This document shows, piece after piece, positions 51,790 through 62,121 of a DNA stretch of 64,000 nt (position 1 is the first letter of the stretch; every line of letters starts with the position of its first letter). Origin of the DNA: an uncultured cyanobacterium (GTDB taxonomy: Bacteria > Cyanobacteriota > Cyanobacteriia > Cyanobacteriales > CAWUOF01); assembly GCA_963744145.1 (NCBI GenBank), contig CAVUSO010000001.1, positions 2,624,001 through 2,688,000 on the forward strand. The letters run 5' to 3'. Both the position numbers and the translations under genes were made by a program. Below the pieces are notes generated by a model that worked only from the letters and a program-made list of their open reading frames with translations, had not been told where the DNA came from and ran no database searches.

Positions 51790-52737
51790 TTACAGTGATT
51801 GTTGCTCACTAAAGGTTCTCACGGTTTTTTCTAGACCTAAATCAGCTGCGATTAAATCAATTCCATCAATAATTTTAACGCGATCGCTAATTCCCAAAGC
51901 CGAAAAACATTTATCGCGATAATTGGGATGATTTTGAAAAAAAGATAGGGCTTTTTTTAATGGTTCAATTACCGGATAAGCTGTTTCTGCTTTCTCAATA
52001 GCTGCTTGAGGAATAATTGATTTAAGTCTTTGGATCGCTAAATCCATTAAATCTCGTGACTCTACTGAGGAGTCATTCCATCGATCGGAATTAGCTAAAA
52101 GTTTTTCAGCAAAACTATCGATTTCATTCAAACATGGTACGGGAGACCAATCTGGATAATCTGGTTTTCCTAATTCAATCCTTCCCTCCCTAACAATTTC
52201 AAATTTAATCAGAGTTTCATCAACTCTAATGGCAAATCTTACACCATATTGGTCAGCTTTAATTTCTCCAGATAATTCAAGATCATCTTGAGTATTAAAG
52301 AGCGCATTATATTGATTTTCAAATATTTTTTTTCGGAGCAAACGATACCCAGCACTACTAGCACAGAGAAAAGCTAGATCTTTGCTTAATCTATATTCTC
52401 CATGATTTAAGCTAATCATACTACCACCACCAAAATAGATCTCACACTCTAGGAACAAGTCAGCTTTTAATTGATGGAGAATCTTGAAAATATTTTGCCG
52501 AAATTTCTGCTCCAACATTTCTGTTTCTAACCATGAATTATAGAATTGAGCCAAATGTTTAATAAATAATGATTCGACTGGGTTTAAATCCGCTAAAACT
52601 CCTTGGTATCGCCAACCTCTTTCATATATTCTCAGCATTTCTAACCGGGTTAGATTTTCAATATTCAGTCTTTGCCAACATAATTTTTCTAAAAATGGCA
52701 ATTGATCAGGAATGTCAATTTCTGGTTCAATAAACAT
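51790..52737 (-). CDS. AbiEii/AbiGii-family nucleotidyltransferase toxin with fused N-terminal antitoxin-like domain
   Basis: YFGGGS..SL, YRLSKDLAF, ADQYGVR, IKFEIVRE, EKLLANSDR, RDLMDL; N-terminal ~70 aa with LCWQ…YERGWRY. Confidence 0.82.
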   Translation of the reverse strand: MFIEPEIDIPDQLPFLEKLCWQRLNIENLTRLEMLRIYERGWRYQGVLADLNPVESLFIKHLAQFYNSWLETEMLEQKFRQNIFKILHQLKADLFLECEIYFGGGSMISLNHGEYRLSKDLAFLCASSAGYRLLRKKIFENQYNALFNTQDDLELSGEIKADQYGVRFAIRVDETLIKFEIVREGRIELGKPDYPDWSPVPCLNEIDSFAEKLLANSDRWNDSSVESRDLMDLAIQRLKSIIPQAAIEKAETAYPVIEPLKKALSFFQNHPNYRDKCFSALGISDRVKIIDGIDLIAADLGLEKTVRTFSEQQSL

Positions 52738-52747
52738 TGGCTTTGCT

Positions 52748-52978
52748 CTAATAGTTTTGGTTCAGATATTTAATGATTAACCTCCACTTTTCATTAATCC
52801 GATCGCTGAGTTGATTAAAAGTCTCTTCGTCCCCATCTTTAATCACATAACCAAAACCAGCTAGTCTAATTAATTGTTCTAGACGGTGACGAGAGATTAA
52901 ATATCTCCCACCTCTTTCACGGAAAGTATTATAGATATAAGTAACAACATCTTGAGCAACAAGATCCAAATCAATCAT
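52748..52978 (-). CDS. Small hypothetical protein
   Basis: 76-aa ORF with GGAGG RBS, 10 bp upstream of the AbiEii-like gene. Confidence 0.55.
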   Translation of the reverse strand: MIDLDLVAQDVVTYIYNTFRERGGRYLISRHRLEQLIRLAGFGYVIKDGDEETFNQLSDRINEKWRLIIKYLNQNY

Positions 52979-53143
52979 CGGAATTTCCTCCTTTTGTACC
53001 CAATGATATTATCCATCTCTTGAGCGAAAATTTATCTGATTAGCGATCAATATTTTTTAGCGATCGCTTGCGTTTATTTAAAAAATTTTCCTAAAAATAC
53101 AGCATCTAGTTTTATTTGTCAAGGGTCTACTCAATTTAGATTA

Positions 53144-55377
53144 CTATTTGTGATTAGTGACTAAATCAGCTAAGATTGAGGTTAGCTCAGGTGGAATTAG
53201 GGTAAACCGGATGTAAAAACCTTTATTACTATCTGCTAATTTTCCAGAAACTTTGGCATATATATCTCCGAATTTCTGATTCATTTCTGGTTTGATTAAT
53301 AGTTGAATTTTAATATTACTAAATGGCTCAACTGCATATTCTGAATGGATTTCAGCACTATTGATTGAGAGTTTGACTAAATTTCCTGGGGAAAATTTTT
53401 CATCGATATGCTTACCCTGAATAATCGCAAAATTGAGGGGAATCTCGGTTTTTAGATGCACCAGAATATCTTCTTCTTTAGGCAAAAATAGCTGATATTT
53501 ACCAGCAATACCACCAACGTCATAGATAGTAATATGCTCATCAAAACCTTTGGGTTGTACGGACATTAATTTATGAATTTTGATCACATCTTTAATCTCT
53601 TGGAGCGTCCACTCAGAAATGAATATTTCTCCACCTGCTGTATAAGATTCAATCCGAGAAGTTAGATTAATTGGACTCCCAATTACATCATATTTAGCGC
53701 GTTTTTTTGAACCAATATTCCCGACAATTACCTCACCCGTATTCAGTCCAATTCCCATCTGGAGTTTGGGTAAACCTAATCCTTCTAATTGCTCATTAAG
53801 TGGAAACATTGCTTGTTGCATAGCGATCGCACAAGCAACACCTCGTTCCGGATCATCTTTTCTTTGGGTTGGAGCACCAAATAGGACTAAAATTGCATCA
53901 CCAATAAAATCACCTATCGTCCCCTGGTATTCGGTAATCACATCCGTCATTTTTTCCAGATAGATGTTTAACATTTCTACCACTTTTTCTGGTGATAATC
54001 TTTCCGATATTGCCGAAAAACCCCTTAAATCAGACATGAGAATTGTAATTTTTCGTCGCTCACCTCCTAATTTTAATCCTGTAGGTGTTTCTAATAAACT
54101 CTCCACTACTTCATCGGTGAGATAACGACTAAAAATATTGCGGATATTGTCAGCAGTACGCGCAATATAAGCATTGATGGTGATTGCTGATCCTAATAAA
54201 GCTAAAGTTGGTGGGATTAAGGGAATCCACCATCCTGATAAGAAAGCTAAATAACAAATTCCCAATAAACTTCCGAAAGGTAATAAAACTCCTACTACAA
54301 ACTGGAATAAAAACTTAGTAAATCCCCCCGTATATCTCCATTTCCAACTGAGCGTAGCACCGACCACAGACCAAGCAAAAATCCACCAAAATTCTAGGGA
54401 TTTAGTCCAGGTTTGAATTAGCGATCGCCCGGAAAGTACACTACTCAATATTTGACTAATTAAGTTGGCATGAATTTCTACCCCGGAAGTTTCATCAGGT
54501 ATGCCGATCGGTGTGCTACTATAGGGAGTCAGGAAGAAATCTTTTTGACTTTGGGTAATGGAACCAATTAAAACAATGCGATCGCGTAGAAAATTAGCAG
54601 GAATTCGATCTTCTAAAACATCTGTCACTGAAATCATCGAAAAACTGTTAGCTGGTCCTCGATAGTTCAATAAGATCTGATATCCTTGAGCATTAGCATG
54701 AACATAACCCCCATCATTTTCTTTAAACGGAACAAACACAGTTTGACCGAATTGCAAATAATCCGCATTGATTGCTGATGGTTTCGCCAAAATCCCTAAC
54801 TTATTTAGATAAATTTCTGCTAATCTAAGCCCAAAACTAGGTACAATTTCTCCAGTTTTACTTGCTAAATAAAGAAAATATCGCCGAATCTTCGTATCCG
54901 CATCCAGGAGGACGTCATTTGCACCAATTTGTCCGAGCTTACTTAATTCTGGTGGAGGATTAATTGGTGAGTCTTTATTATTACCAACAACTTTCCTAAT
55001 TCCAATTAAATTAGGAGTAGATTGAAACACATGGGCTAACTTTTCAGCTCCTGTTCCTTCTGGTAAATCCCGAAACAATTTAGACCAATAGCGATGGGTT
55101 GTTGTTGTTTTAACTTTTCCAGTAGTTGGGCTAATATTTCATCGGGCATCACAGCCCGACCTAGTTTTTGAATATCAGATTCAGCAATCCCTACAATGAC
55201 AATACGTGAATCAATCGGCTCTCGTGGACGTAGACAAAATAATTGGTCAAATGCTGCTAATTCAAATATATGCAATAGCCCAATCATCCGCAACCCCATC
55301 ACCAATCCTGTGATGGTTGGAGCTGTGATTAATGGGCCACGCCATTCCCACAACAGCTTATTCAGCTTTGCCCACAT
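53144..55377 (-). CDS. CHASE2-domain class III nucleotide cyclase (Cya2-like); frameshifted at ~55079
   Basis: 55036-55377 (TM plus CHASE2 start DSRIVIVGI.E.DI) joins 53144-55078 (GVEIHA, TMs, SDLRGF, GDAILVLFGAP); one base is missing at IGL(N/D)LFRD. Confidence 0.85.
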
Positions 55378-55384
55378 AAAATGT

Positions 55385-56251
55385 TTAGGGTGTGATTGGT
55401 TTGGATTGAGTGGTTTGAGTTTCGAGTTGACAACAATTAACTAAAGGCTCTTTAATAAAAGGTTGCAAGTTAACCGAGGTTAACAAATTGTCCCAATCAT
55501 TCAACAACTTTGAGTTATTAGGATCATTACGACGCAACTCAGCTAGACTAGCTAAAGCTTCATACCAGATCCCATCGTTTGCGTAAAAATTGGGAATATC
55601 AAGTGGTTTTGCTGTTTTTAGCTGACCTACCAGGTTGTCACTAGGATTGCCGATTTGGACCCAACCAGGGTTACTTACTTCATCACCACTGCGATCTGTA
55701 GGATTACATATTAATACCAAATACCATTCATAAGTTTTGCCACTTTCTAAAGACTTGTCAGAGGGTAAATTAATGCTCGCAATACCAGACGTACTAGGAA
55801 CAGCGAAGCTATTTCTGTAAATTAACTGATTGTTTTCATCAATGAGGATAAATTCCCCAGTGGTAGCTGTTGATTGCGGAATATAGGCCAAAAATGTTGG
55901 AGATTGAGATACTGTTAATCCGATTTTATCGGTTAGTGCTAAAGCGGTCAAACTCTTGTCATTTGATGAAATACAGGAACCACCTCTTCGCGATCCAGCA
56001 CTTTCTGTGGTCGGAGGTGCCCCAATATCAGATCTAGGTACAAATTGAGCAATTTCCCAACCATTGGTTATTCTTTGGTTAAAGATTGTCTGATCTGACA
56101 ATTCTTGTCTTTGTGCTGCAAATCCAGGACTAATAAATATCTCTAGAGATAGAGTTACGGAAAGAGTCACAATCGGGAATGGGGATTTTCTCAAAACCAT
56201 AACAAAGTTTGGGATAAATTTAGGTTTTATGTTTATTATAAATCTCATCAA
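55385..56251 (-). CDS. DUF928 domain protein
   Basis: AGSRRGG.C, LTVSQSPTFLAYIP, YEWYLVLIC, GIWYEAL, WDNLL.SV.L. Confidence 0.88.
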   Translation of the reverse strand: MMRFIINIKPKFIPNFVMVLRKSPFPIVTLSVTLSLEIFISPGFAAQRQELSDQTIFNQRITNGWEIAQFVPRSDIGAPPTTESAGSRRGGSCISSNDKSLTALALTDKIGLTVSQSPTFLAYIPQSTATTGEFILIDENNQLIYRNSFAVPSTSGIASINLPSDKSLESGKTYEWYLVLICNPTDRSGDEVSNPGWVQIGNPSDNLVGQLKTAKPLDIPNFYANDGIWYEALASLAELRRNDPNNSKLLNDWDNLLTSVNLQPFIKEPLVNCCQLETQTTQSKPITP

Positions 56252-56331
56252 TAGTTGATCGCCTTAATTTTTAGCCTTTTTTTCAATTTTTTTGATAAAA
56301 TTTAACAACCGGAAAATGTAAGTGTTATTTA

Positions 56332-57579
56332 GTGATGAAAAAGTTACAGCCGATCTTAATGCCCACTAATTGTGCAGATGCTAAAATTTTTGTGAAAATG
56401 AATCGGAGATGGTTTTTAGCTAGTATGGGGGCTTTGGCTTTTAGCCCAATTATTTCTGGATGTAATAGTCAGGAACAGAAAAATCTCCTCATTCGACTAC
56501 TCAAAAATGCTGTTCCTCCTCAATTTGTCAATGAATTTAGTAAAAGAATAAATTCAGCACCGAATTTAGATTTTACTTCAGTTGCCCAATTAAAAGATTT
56601 ATTTGATCAACTCCAACAAGGTCAACAAGAATCAGCTCTGGGAGGAAAACCAAAATCTAAACTACCCTTTCCCATTCCTTTAATTAGTTCTCCGATCGTA
56701 ACGATTCCTGATTTAGTCATGTTAGGTGATTATTGGTTGAGTCTAGCGATTAAACAAGGTTTGATTCAACCTTTAGATGTGAAACAGTTATCTTTGTGGT
56801 CTACATTACCAAGTCGTTGGCAAAATTTTGTTAAACGTAATGAACAAGGTGAATTAGATCCACATGGACAAATTTGGGCTGCACCTTATCGTTGGGGAAC
56901 TACTGCGATCGCTTATCATCGAGAGAAGTTTAAATCCTTAGGATGGACTCCTACCGATTGGTCTGATTTATGGAGAAGCGAATTGCGCGATCGCATTTCT
57001 TTATTAGACAGTCCCAGAGAAGTAATTGGGTTAACTTTAAAAAAACTTGGTTATTCTTACAATACACAGGAATTAGGGAAAATTCCGCATTTAAAACAGG
57101 AATTAAGCCAACTACATAAACAAGTTAAACTTTATAGTTCCACTGCTTATTTAGAACCTTTAATTTTGGGAGATACTTGGTTAGCAGTAGGTTGGTCTAC
57201 TGATATATTACATCAGATGGAAACTATGTCTGATGCGATCGGTGCAATCATTCCTCAATCTGGAACTGCTTTATGGTCAGAGTTATGGGTACAACCAACT
57301 AATATTAATCCAGATCATAGTAGTAAATTAAATTCTTTTGCTCAAGCATGGATTGATTTTTGTTGGCAACCTGATATTGCGGCTAAGATTTCGCTCCTAA
57401 CTCAGGGAACTTCTCCAGTTTTAACAGATATTACCCAAGCTGATTTACCAACAGAAATAAAGCAAAATAAATTGTTATTTCCCAGTCCTGAAATTTTCCA
57501 ACATAGCGAGTTTCTTGAACCTTTATCTACTCCAGCTATTAATCAGTATCGCTCCTTATGGGAGGAGATTCGGAGTTAG
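56332..57579 (+). CDS. PotD/PotF-like extracellular solute-binding lipoprotein
   Basis: NRRWFL…ISGC signal/lipobox, PYRWGTTAIAY, DWSDLW, LLDSPREVIG, LAVGWSTD. Confidence 0.85.
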   Translation: MMKKLQPILMPTNCADAKIFVKMNRRWFLASMGALAFSPIISGCNSQEQKNLLIRLLKNAVPPQFVNEFSKRINSAPNLDFTSVAQLKDLFDQLQQGQQESALGGKPKSKLPFPIPLISSPIVTIPDLVMLGDYWLSLAIKQGLIQPLDVKQLSLWSTLPSRWQNFVKRNEQGELDPHGQIWAAPYRWGTTAIAYHREKFKSLGWTPTDWSDLWRSELRDRISLLDSPREVIGLTLKKLGYSYNTQELGKIPHLKQELSQLHKQVKLYSSTAYLEPLILGDTWLAVGWSTDILHQMETMSDAIGAIIPQSGTALWSELWVQPTNINPDHSSKLNSFAQAWIDFCWQPDIAAKISLLTQGTSPVLTDITQADLPTEIKQNKLLFPSPEIFQHSEFLEPLSTPAINQYRSLWEEIRS

Positions 57580-57619
57580 TTGATTTTGGTGAGGGCGATC
57601 GTATTATTCCCATAAAAAT

Positions 57620-57999
57620 CAATACGGTTCAGTTAAGCGTAGGGGTGAAGCATTCGGGCGACAATAGAACAATCAAGCCAGAATATTATACCCGAATGCT
57701 TCACCCTTCTTCTGTGCCGAGGTCTCAAAAATATCCTTATACCAATTCACCATGAAGATACATTGATAAGATTGATCTGTGGGTGAGGGTGGGTTTTGAT
57801 GATTAGTAGGTAAATGTCAAACATCTCGGTGAACCCACCCCTACAGAAATCCGCAAATTGAGGATAAAATTGGTAGGGGCAGGTTCACCAGTCAATTTTG
57901 CCACCAACAGATCACCATTATAAACCTGCCCTGGCCTAACAGATCAACCTCAGATTAAGTGCAATTTCATAGTTAATTGGTATTAACTGAACCGTATTC
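57620..57999. mobile_element. Composite MITE (same family as 39299-39471) containing a nested second MITE and REP hairpins
   Basis: CAATACGGTTCAGTTAA … TTAACTGAACCGTATTC ends; flanks CCATAAAAAT / CCATAAAAAC; nested ATACCAATTcaccATGAA … TTCATagttAATTGGTAT (57739-57983); three internal hairpins. Confidence 0.8.
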
Positions 58000-58010
58000 C
58001 CATAAAAACA

Positions 58011-58050
58011 TAATAATCGCCTCAATTTAACCTGGTTGAGGCGATTATTA
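58011..58050. terminator. Bidirectional hairpin terminator
   Basis: TAATAATCGCCTCAA…TTGAGGCGATTATTA between convergent genes. Confidence 0.75.
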
Positions 58051-58098
58051 TTTCTATGCTTAAGCTAGATCATTTTTGGTTTTAATGAGTCTCCCTGA

Positions 58099-61062
58099 TT
58101 AAGGAGTTGTAGTAGCTGGAGTTGTGGTTGAACTGCTAGGAGTGTTTGAACTGCTAGGAGTGGTTGAACTGCTAGGAGTGGTTGAACTGCTAGGAGTGGT
58201 TGAACTGCTAGGAGTTGTGGTTGAACTGCTAGGAGTGGTTGAACTGCTAGGAGTGGTTGAACTGCTAGGAGTGGTTGAACTGCTAGGAGTTGTGGTTGAA
58301 CTGCTAGGAGTTGTGGTTGAACTGCTAGGAGTTGTGGTTGAACTGCTAGGAGCGCTTGTATCGCTAGGAGTTGTAGTGGTAGGAGTTGTAGTGGCAGGAG
58401 TTGTAGTGGTAGGAGTTGTGCTACCAGAAGGAATTTGCTGGATACCAGTAGTTCCTGTGGGGGCTGGGGTAGAAGGAGATGAACTAGGGGTGCTAGGGGC
58501 TGGAATTTCTTGTAAACCTACTAAACCAGGGAATACACGACTAGGAGCACCAACTACAACATAAGTATGGCTATGACCGAAAGCTAGATGATGATGATGT
58601 TCTACACGGAAGTGCATTTTACCTTCACCTTCATCGTTATCAGCTCCATATACCTTGTATGAAGAATCAGGGTCAGAAAGATTAGACATTGCGAAAACGT
58701 TGATTGCAGATGCGGTGGAAGTAGTCTCCTGTGAGTTTGTGTTAGGACTGAGAACACTAGCTAAGGTGAGTGTATTATTAGCTGCTGGTTGATTAGATAG
58801 TGAAGAACCTAACAGTATTTGCAATGTAACTTGACCAGAAATATTTCCAGTGCTAGCTGTTGTTGTACCGTTTGTACCTGTACTACCAGTGGTTGTGCCT
58901 GTTGTACCGTTTGTACCTGTGCTGCCAGTGGTTGTGCCTGTTGTACCGTTTGTACCTGTGCTACCAGTGGTTGTGCCTGTTGTACCGTTTGTACCTGTGC
59001 TACCAGTGGTTGTGCCTGTTGTGCCGTTTGTACCTGCACTACCAGTGGTTGTGCCTGTTGTGCCGTTTGTACCTGTGCTACCAGTGGTTGTGCCTGTTGT
59101 ACCGTTTGTACCTGTACTACCAGTGGTTGTGCCTGTTGTACCGTTTGTACCTGTGCTACCAGTGGTTGTGCCTGTTGTACCGTTTGTACCTGTACTACCA
59201 GTGGTTGTGCCTGTTGTACCGTTTGTACCTGTGCTACCAGTGGTTGTGCCTGTTGTACCGTTTGTACCTGTGCTACCAGTGGTTGTGCCTGTTGTGCCGT
59301 TTGTACCTGTGCTACCAGTGGTTGTGCCTGTTGTGCCGTTTGTACCTGTGCTACCAGTGGTTGTGCCTGTTGTACCGTTTGTACCTGTACTACCAGTGGT
59401 TGTGCCTGTTGTACCGTTTGTACCTGTGCTACCAGTGGTTGTGCCTGTTGTACCGTTTGTACCTGTGCTACCAGTGGTTGTGCCTGTTGCACCGTTTGTA
59501 CCTGTGCTACCAGTGGTTGTGCCTGTTGTGCCGTTTGTACCTGTGCTACCAGTAACTCCAGCTCCACCTGTCGGACCACTATTAGTAGTAGTGCTAACAG
59601 GAGGGGTCACAGTACCACTGATACTAGAAGTAAATTGAGTTGATGTACCAGGGTTGCTAGAATTGCTGCTAGAACTGCTACTAGAATTGCTGCTATTTAA
59701 AGCACTAGAGCTGCTAGAACCAGTGTTATTGTTTTGGATGCTGCTACCGCTTAAACCTACAGCAGCTCCTATATTAAAGGATGTTGCGCCATTTCCTTGG
59801 GCACTAACCCCCCAGCCAAGACCTGTAACCAGTACACTAGAATGGCTTTTATCGCTATTAAAGCTGATTCCAGATTTGGCAGAGTCAAATACAGTAGTAC
59901 CGTTACCATTACCTTGGAGTTGATAGCTCGCTGGTGCATTAATATTAGCTTGAACACCATTGGTATTGACACCGCTAACATCAAAGTTTACTGGTCCGTT
60001 AATCGTTCCTTGAATCCGGAATTGGCTACCAACACCTGCAAGCTCGGTTTGAGCATTATTGCTATTGTTTTGATTATCGGTACTGGATATAGTAGTATTA
60101 TTAGTGCTACTGCTACCAGTGCTACTGCTACCAGTGCTACTGCTACCGCTGCTGCTGCTACCAGTGCTACCAGTGCTACCAGTGCTGCTGCTACCAGTGC
60201 TACCAGTGCTGCTGCTACCAGTGCTACCAGTGCTGTTGCTACCAGTGCTGTTGCTACTACTATTTTGAGAGTTATTAACTGTACCTTGAATCTGGAATCT
60301 GGTTACACCTGCATTGGTGTTAAAGCTGACTTTACCACCACCAGAATTGTCAGAGCTAATACTGGTAGTACCTCCTGCACTACCAGTTGTATATCCATAT
60401 AGTGAGAATTGAGTATCAGCTTTAGCTGTTAGACTATTACCGTCATATTGGATGAAATCGTTGGCAGCGGTAAATTTAGCATCAGGTGGAAGAGCGATAT
60501 TACCACCAGGTAAGTTCGCAGCAAAGGAACCTACATATAATCCACCTGGCTGAGATTGGTAGCTGTTACCTGATACACTAACGTTAGATACAGGTAAGAA
60601 AACTATTGGAGCTGAACCTGTTTGTTGTGGACTAAATAGGGTGCCGCCAAAAACTTGGCTATAGTTAAATGATGTTAGTTGAAAGTTCAGTGTGGTGGCA
60701 ATATTTTGGAAGAAGAAAGGCTGACCACTAGCCGAAAAAGCCCGACCTGCTAGACTTCCTTGTAAAATACCAGTTTCTCCACCTTTGGGAACTCCTGTGG
60801 TAGGATCTAAACGAGCAGCGCTGGGAGTAAAAATAGAATTAACTGTAACTCCGTTTGGGGTTTCCAGTCTGAGTGTATTAGTATTGACATCGAAAATAAC
60901 TGTATTGCCTTGTTGGGGTACGAAGAATGCTGCATTACCGCTAGTCCGACCACCTGTAACAGGGATATCTGCGTAACTTGCTGGCGCAATCGCGATCGCT
61001 AAACTTCCTGCTAAACTTAGACAAACTGCATATTTCATTGATTGGCTAGTCATGATTATCAT
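58099..61062 (-). CDS. Large secreted Ser/Thr/Gly-rich repeat protein
   Basis: Signal peptide (…AIAPASYA-D), beta-rich N-domain, S/T/G tracts, 13-aa tandem repeats, TTPSSS C-terminal repeats. Confidence 0.85.
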   Translation of the reverse strand: MIIMTSQSMKYAVCLSLAGSLAIAIAPASYADIPVTGGRTSGNAAFFVPQQGNTVIFDVNTNTLRLETPNGVTVNSIFTPSAARLDPTTGVPKGGETGILQGSLAGRAFSASGQPFFFQNIATTLNFQLTSFNYSQVFGGTLFSPQQTGSAPIVFLPVSNVSVSGNSYQSQPGGLYVGSFAANLPGGNIALPPDAKFTAANDFIQYDGNSLTAKADTQFSLYGYTTGSAGGTTSISSDNSGGGKVSFNTNAGVTRFQIQGTVNNSQNSSSNSTGSNSTGSTGSSSTGSTGSSSTGSTGSTGSSSSGSSSTGSSSTGSSSTNNTTISSTDNQNNSNNAQTELAGVGSQFRIQGTINGPVNFDVSGVNTNGVQANINAPASYQLQGNGNGTTVFDSAKSGISFNSDKSHSSVLVTGLGWGVSAQGNGATSFNIGAAVGLSGSSIQNNNTGSSSSSALNSSNSSSSSSSNSSNPGTSTQFTSSISGTVTPPVSTTTNSGPTGGAGVTGSTGTNGTTGTTTGSTGTNGATGTTTGSTGTNGTTGTTTGSTGTNGTTGTTTGSTGTNGTTGTTTGSTGTNGTTGTTTGSTGTNGTTGTTTGSTGTNGTTGTTTGSTGTNGTTGTTTGSTGTNGTTGTTTGSTGTNGTTGTTTGSTGTNGTTGTTTGSTGTNGTTGTTTGSAGTNGTTGTTTGSTGTNGTTGTTTGSTGTNGTTGTTTGSTGTNGTTGTTTGSTGTNGTTTASTGNISGQVTLQILLGSSLSNQPAANNTLTLASVLSPNTNSQETTSTASAINVFAMSNLSDPDSSYKVYGADNDEGEGKMHFRVEHHHHLAFGHSHTYVVVGAPSRVFPGLVGLQEIPAPSTPSSSPSTPAPTGTTGIQQIPSGSTTPTTTTPATTTPTTTTPSDTSAPSSSTTTPSSSTTTPSSSTTTPSSSTTPSSSTTPSSSTTPSSSTTTPSSSTTPSSSTTPSSSTTPSSSNTPSSSTTTPATTTP
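58121..58420 (-). repeat. 18/21-bp tandem repeats encoding (T)TTPSSS
   Basis: GTGGTTGAACTGCTAGGA(GTT) units in tandem. Confidence 0.9.
58859..59555 (-). repeat. 39-bp tandem repeat, ~18 copies, encoding [13 protein letters not shown]
   Basis: GTTGTACCGTTTGTACCTGTGCTACCAGTGGTTGTGCCT near-identical units (17 full plus one partial). Confidence 0.95.
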
Positions 61063-61215
61063 CCTCAGTAAATAAAATCTTGATTAGGTAAAAAGCTATT
61101 TGCAGTAGCTTTTTTCGTTAAAAGTGTCCTGATTATGACCAGTTGAGCGCGTATTTAGATTTGACAATCGTTACTTGCAACTGGTTTAATCTTTTTTTTC
61201 ATCAGTTACCTACCC

Positions 61216-61242
61216 TGACGCAGGTGTTTTACTAAAGGTTCC
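61216..61242 (-). promoter_or_regulatory. Putative ECF-sigma promoter upstream of the large secreted protein
   Basis: Minus strand GGAAC-17 nt-CGTCA, the RpoE/SigG-type arrangement. Confidence 0.4.
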
Positions 61243-61279
61243 CACCAGGTTAAAAAATTTTGGTCAGTTAATCATCCCA

Positions 61280-61327
61280 AAATAGATATAGGCAACTAAC
61301 TACTAAGTTAATTGCCTATATCTATTT
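61280..61327. terminator. Long hairpin (21-bp arms, 1 mismatch)
   Basis: AAATAGATATAGGCAACTAAC-6 nt-GTTAATTGCCTATATCTATTT downstream of 61402-61821. Confidence 0.6.
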
Positions 61328-61401
61328 ATAGATCCACTGATTTAAAAAAAAACTTGACTAGTTGATATTTTCTGGTATAATAGCGCCAAACTTAAACTCT
61401 C

Positions 61402-61821
61402 TTACTCTGAAAACTTCTTAAATTCAGAAAAAGAAAAATTTGTCGAATTCCTAACTTTTTGTAACCCGGTCAATCCTGGAAATATCCGACTAGGTACTCC
61501 CACGGGAAGGTAGAGGGAGTCAGTAGCTAAATGATTCTCTTGAATGAGGTTAAGTGTAGGATTAAATTGAAAGAGAAAGCTCGGATCGTTAATAAACTGA
61601 TTGTGGGGTGTTTCTAGTTGAGTTAACCCAGATAATTGTCCAGTTTGGGTTGAGGTGAAATCTACATTTAACCTTGGCAATGTGGTGTTAAAGCGACTGG
61701 AATTGGTGGCAGTATTATTGATAACTTGAGCTAGGGTTGGGTGAGGTAGTAGGATAAGTTCTAAAAAACAGCTTATAACTAAACCCAATCCTACACAAAA
61801 GCTGGTAGATGGACTAAGCAT
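61402..61821 (-). CDS. Small secreted hypothetical protein
   Basis: Signal peptide ending PTLA-Q; C-terminal VGVPSRIFPGLTGLQ motif shared with the large repeat protein. Confidence 0.7.
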   Translation of the reverse strand: MLSPSTSFCVGLGLVISCFLELILLPHPTLAQVINNTATNSSRFNTTLPRLNVDFTSTQTGQLSGLTQLETPHNQFINDPSFLFQFNPTLNLIQENHLATDSLYLPVGVPSRIFPGLTGLQKVRNSTNFSFSEFKKFSE

Positions 61822-62121
61822 AAATCACACCATGTATATTTTTATGGGAATCTGTAAAAAATAAACGGGTCTACCCGGGTGCTAGAATTAGCGCAGCGGT
61901 ATTTAGTTTCTTATATTCACTATGACTCCGATTTAAAAGAAAAAACCAGCTAGAAAATATCTTTTTATTAAGAAAAGAATATATAAAGACCTAGAGCAAA
62001 GTAAAAGTCGGGATGGGATAGATAAAAAACCGATCGCTCAAAGGGTCAAGCGATCGGATTCCAATGAAGAGCTGACACTGGTTAGAGCTACTGAAAATAT
62101 CACAGTAGAGTAACTCAATTA

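Noticed and set aside
58859..59555. Possible CRISPR array
   Set aside because: Contiguous 39-bp units with no unique spacers, in frame within a CDS; no cas genes nearby
58124..60402. Long alternative-frame ORFs (poly-VELLG, Cys-rich [36 protein letters not shown])
   Set aside because: Shadow frames of the tandem repeats in the 987-aa gene; stop-free only because of the repeat; no RBS or signal support, so the Cys-rich frame is not a metallothionein
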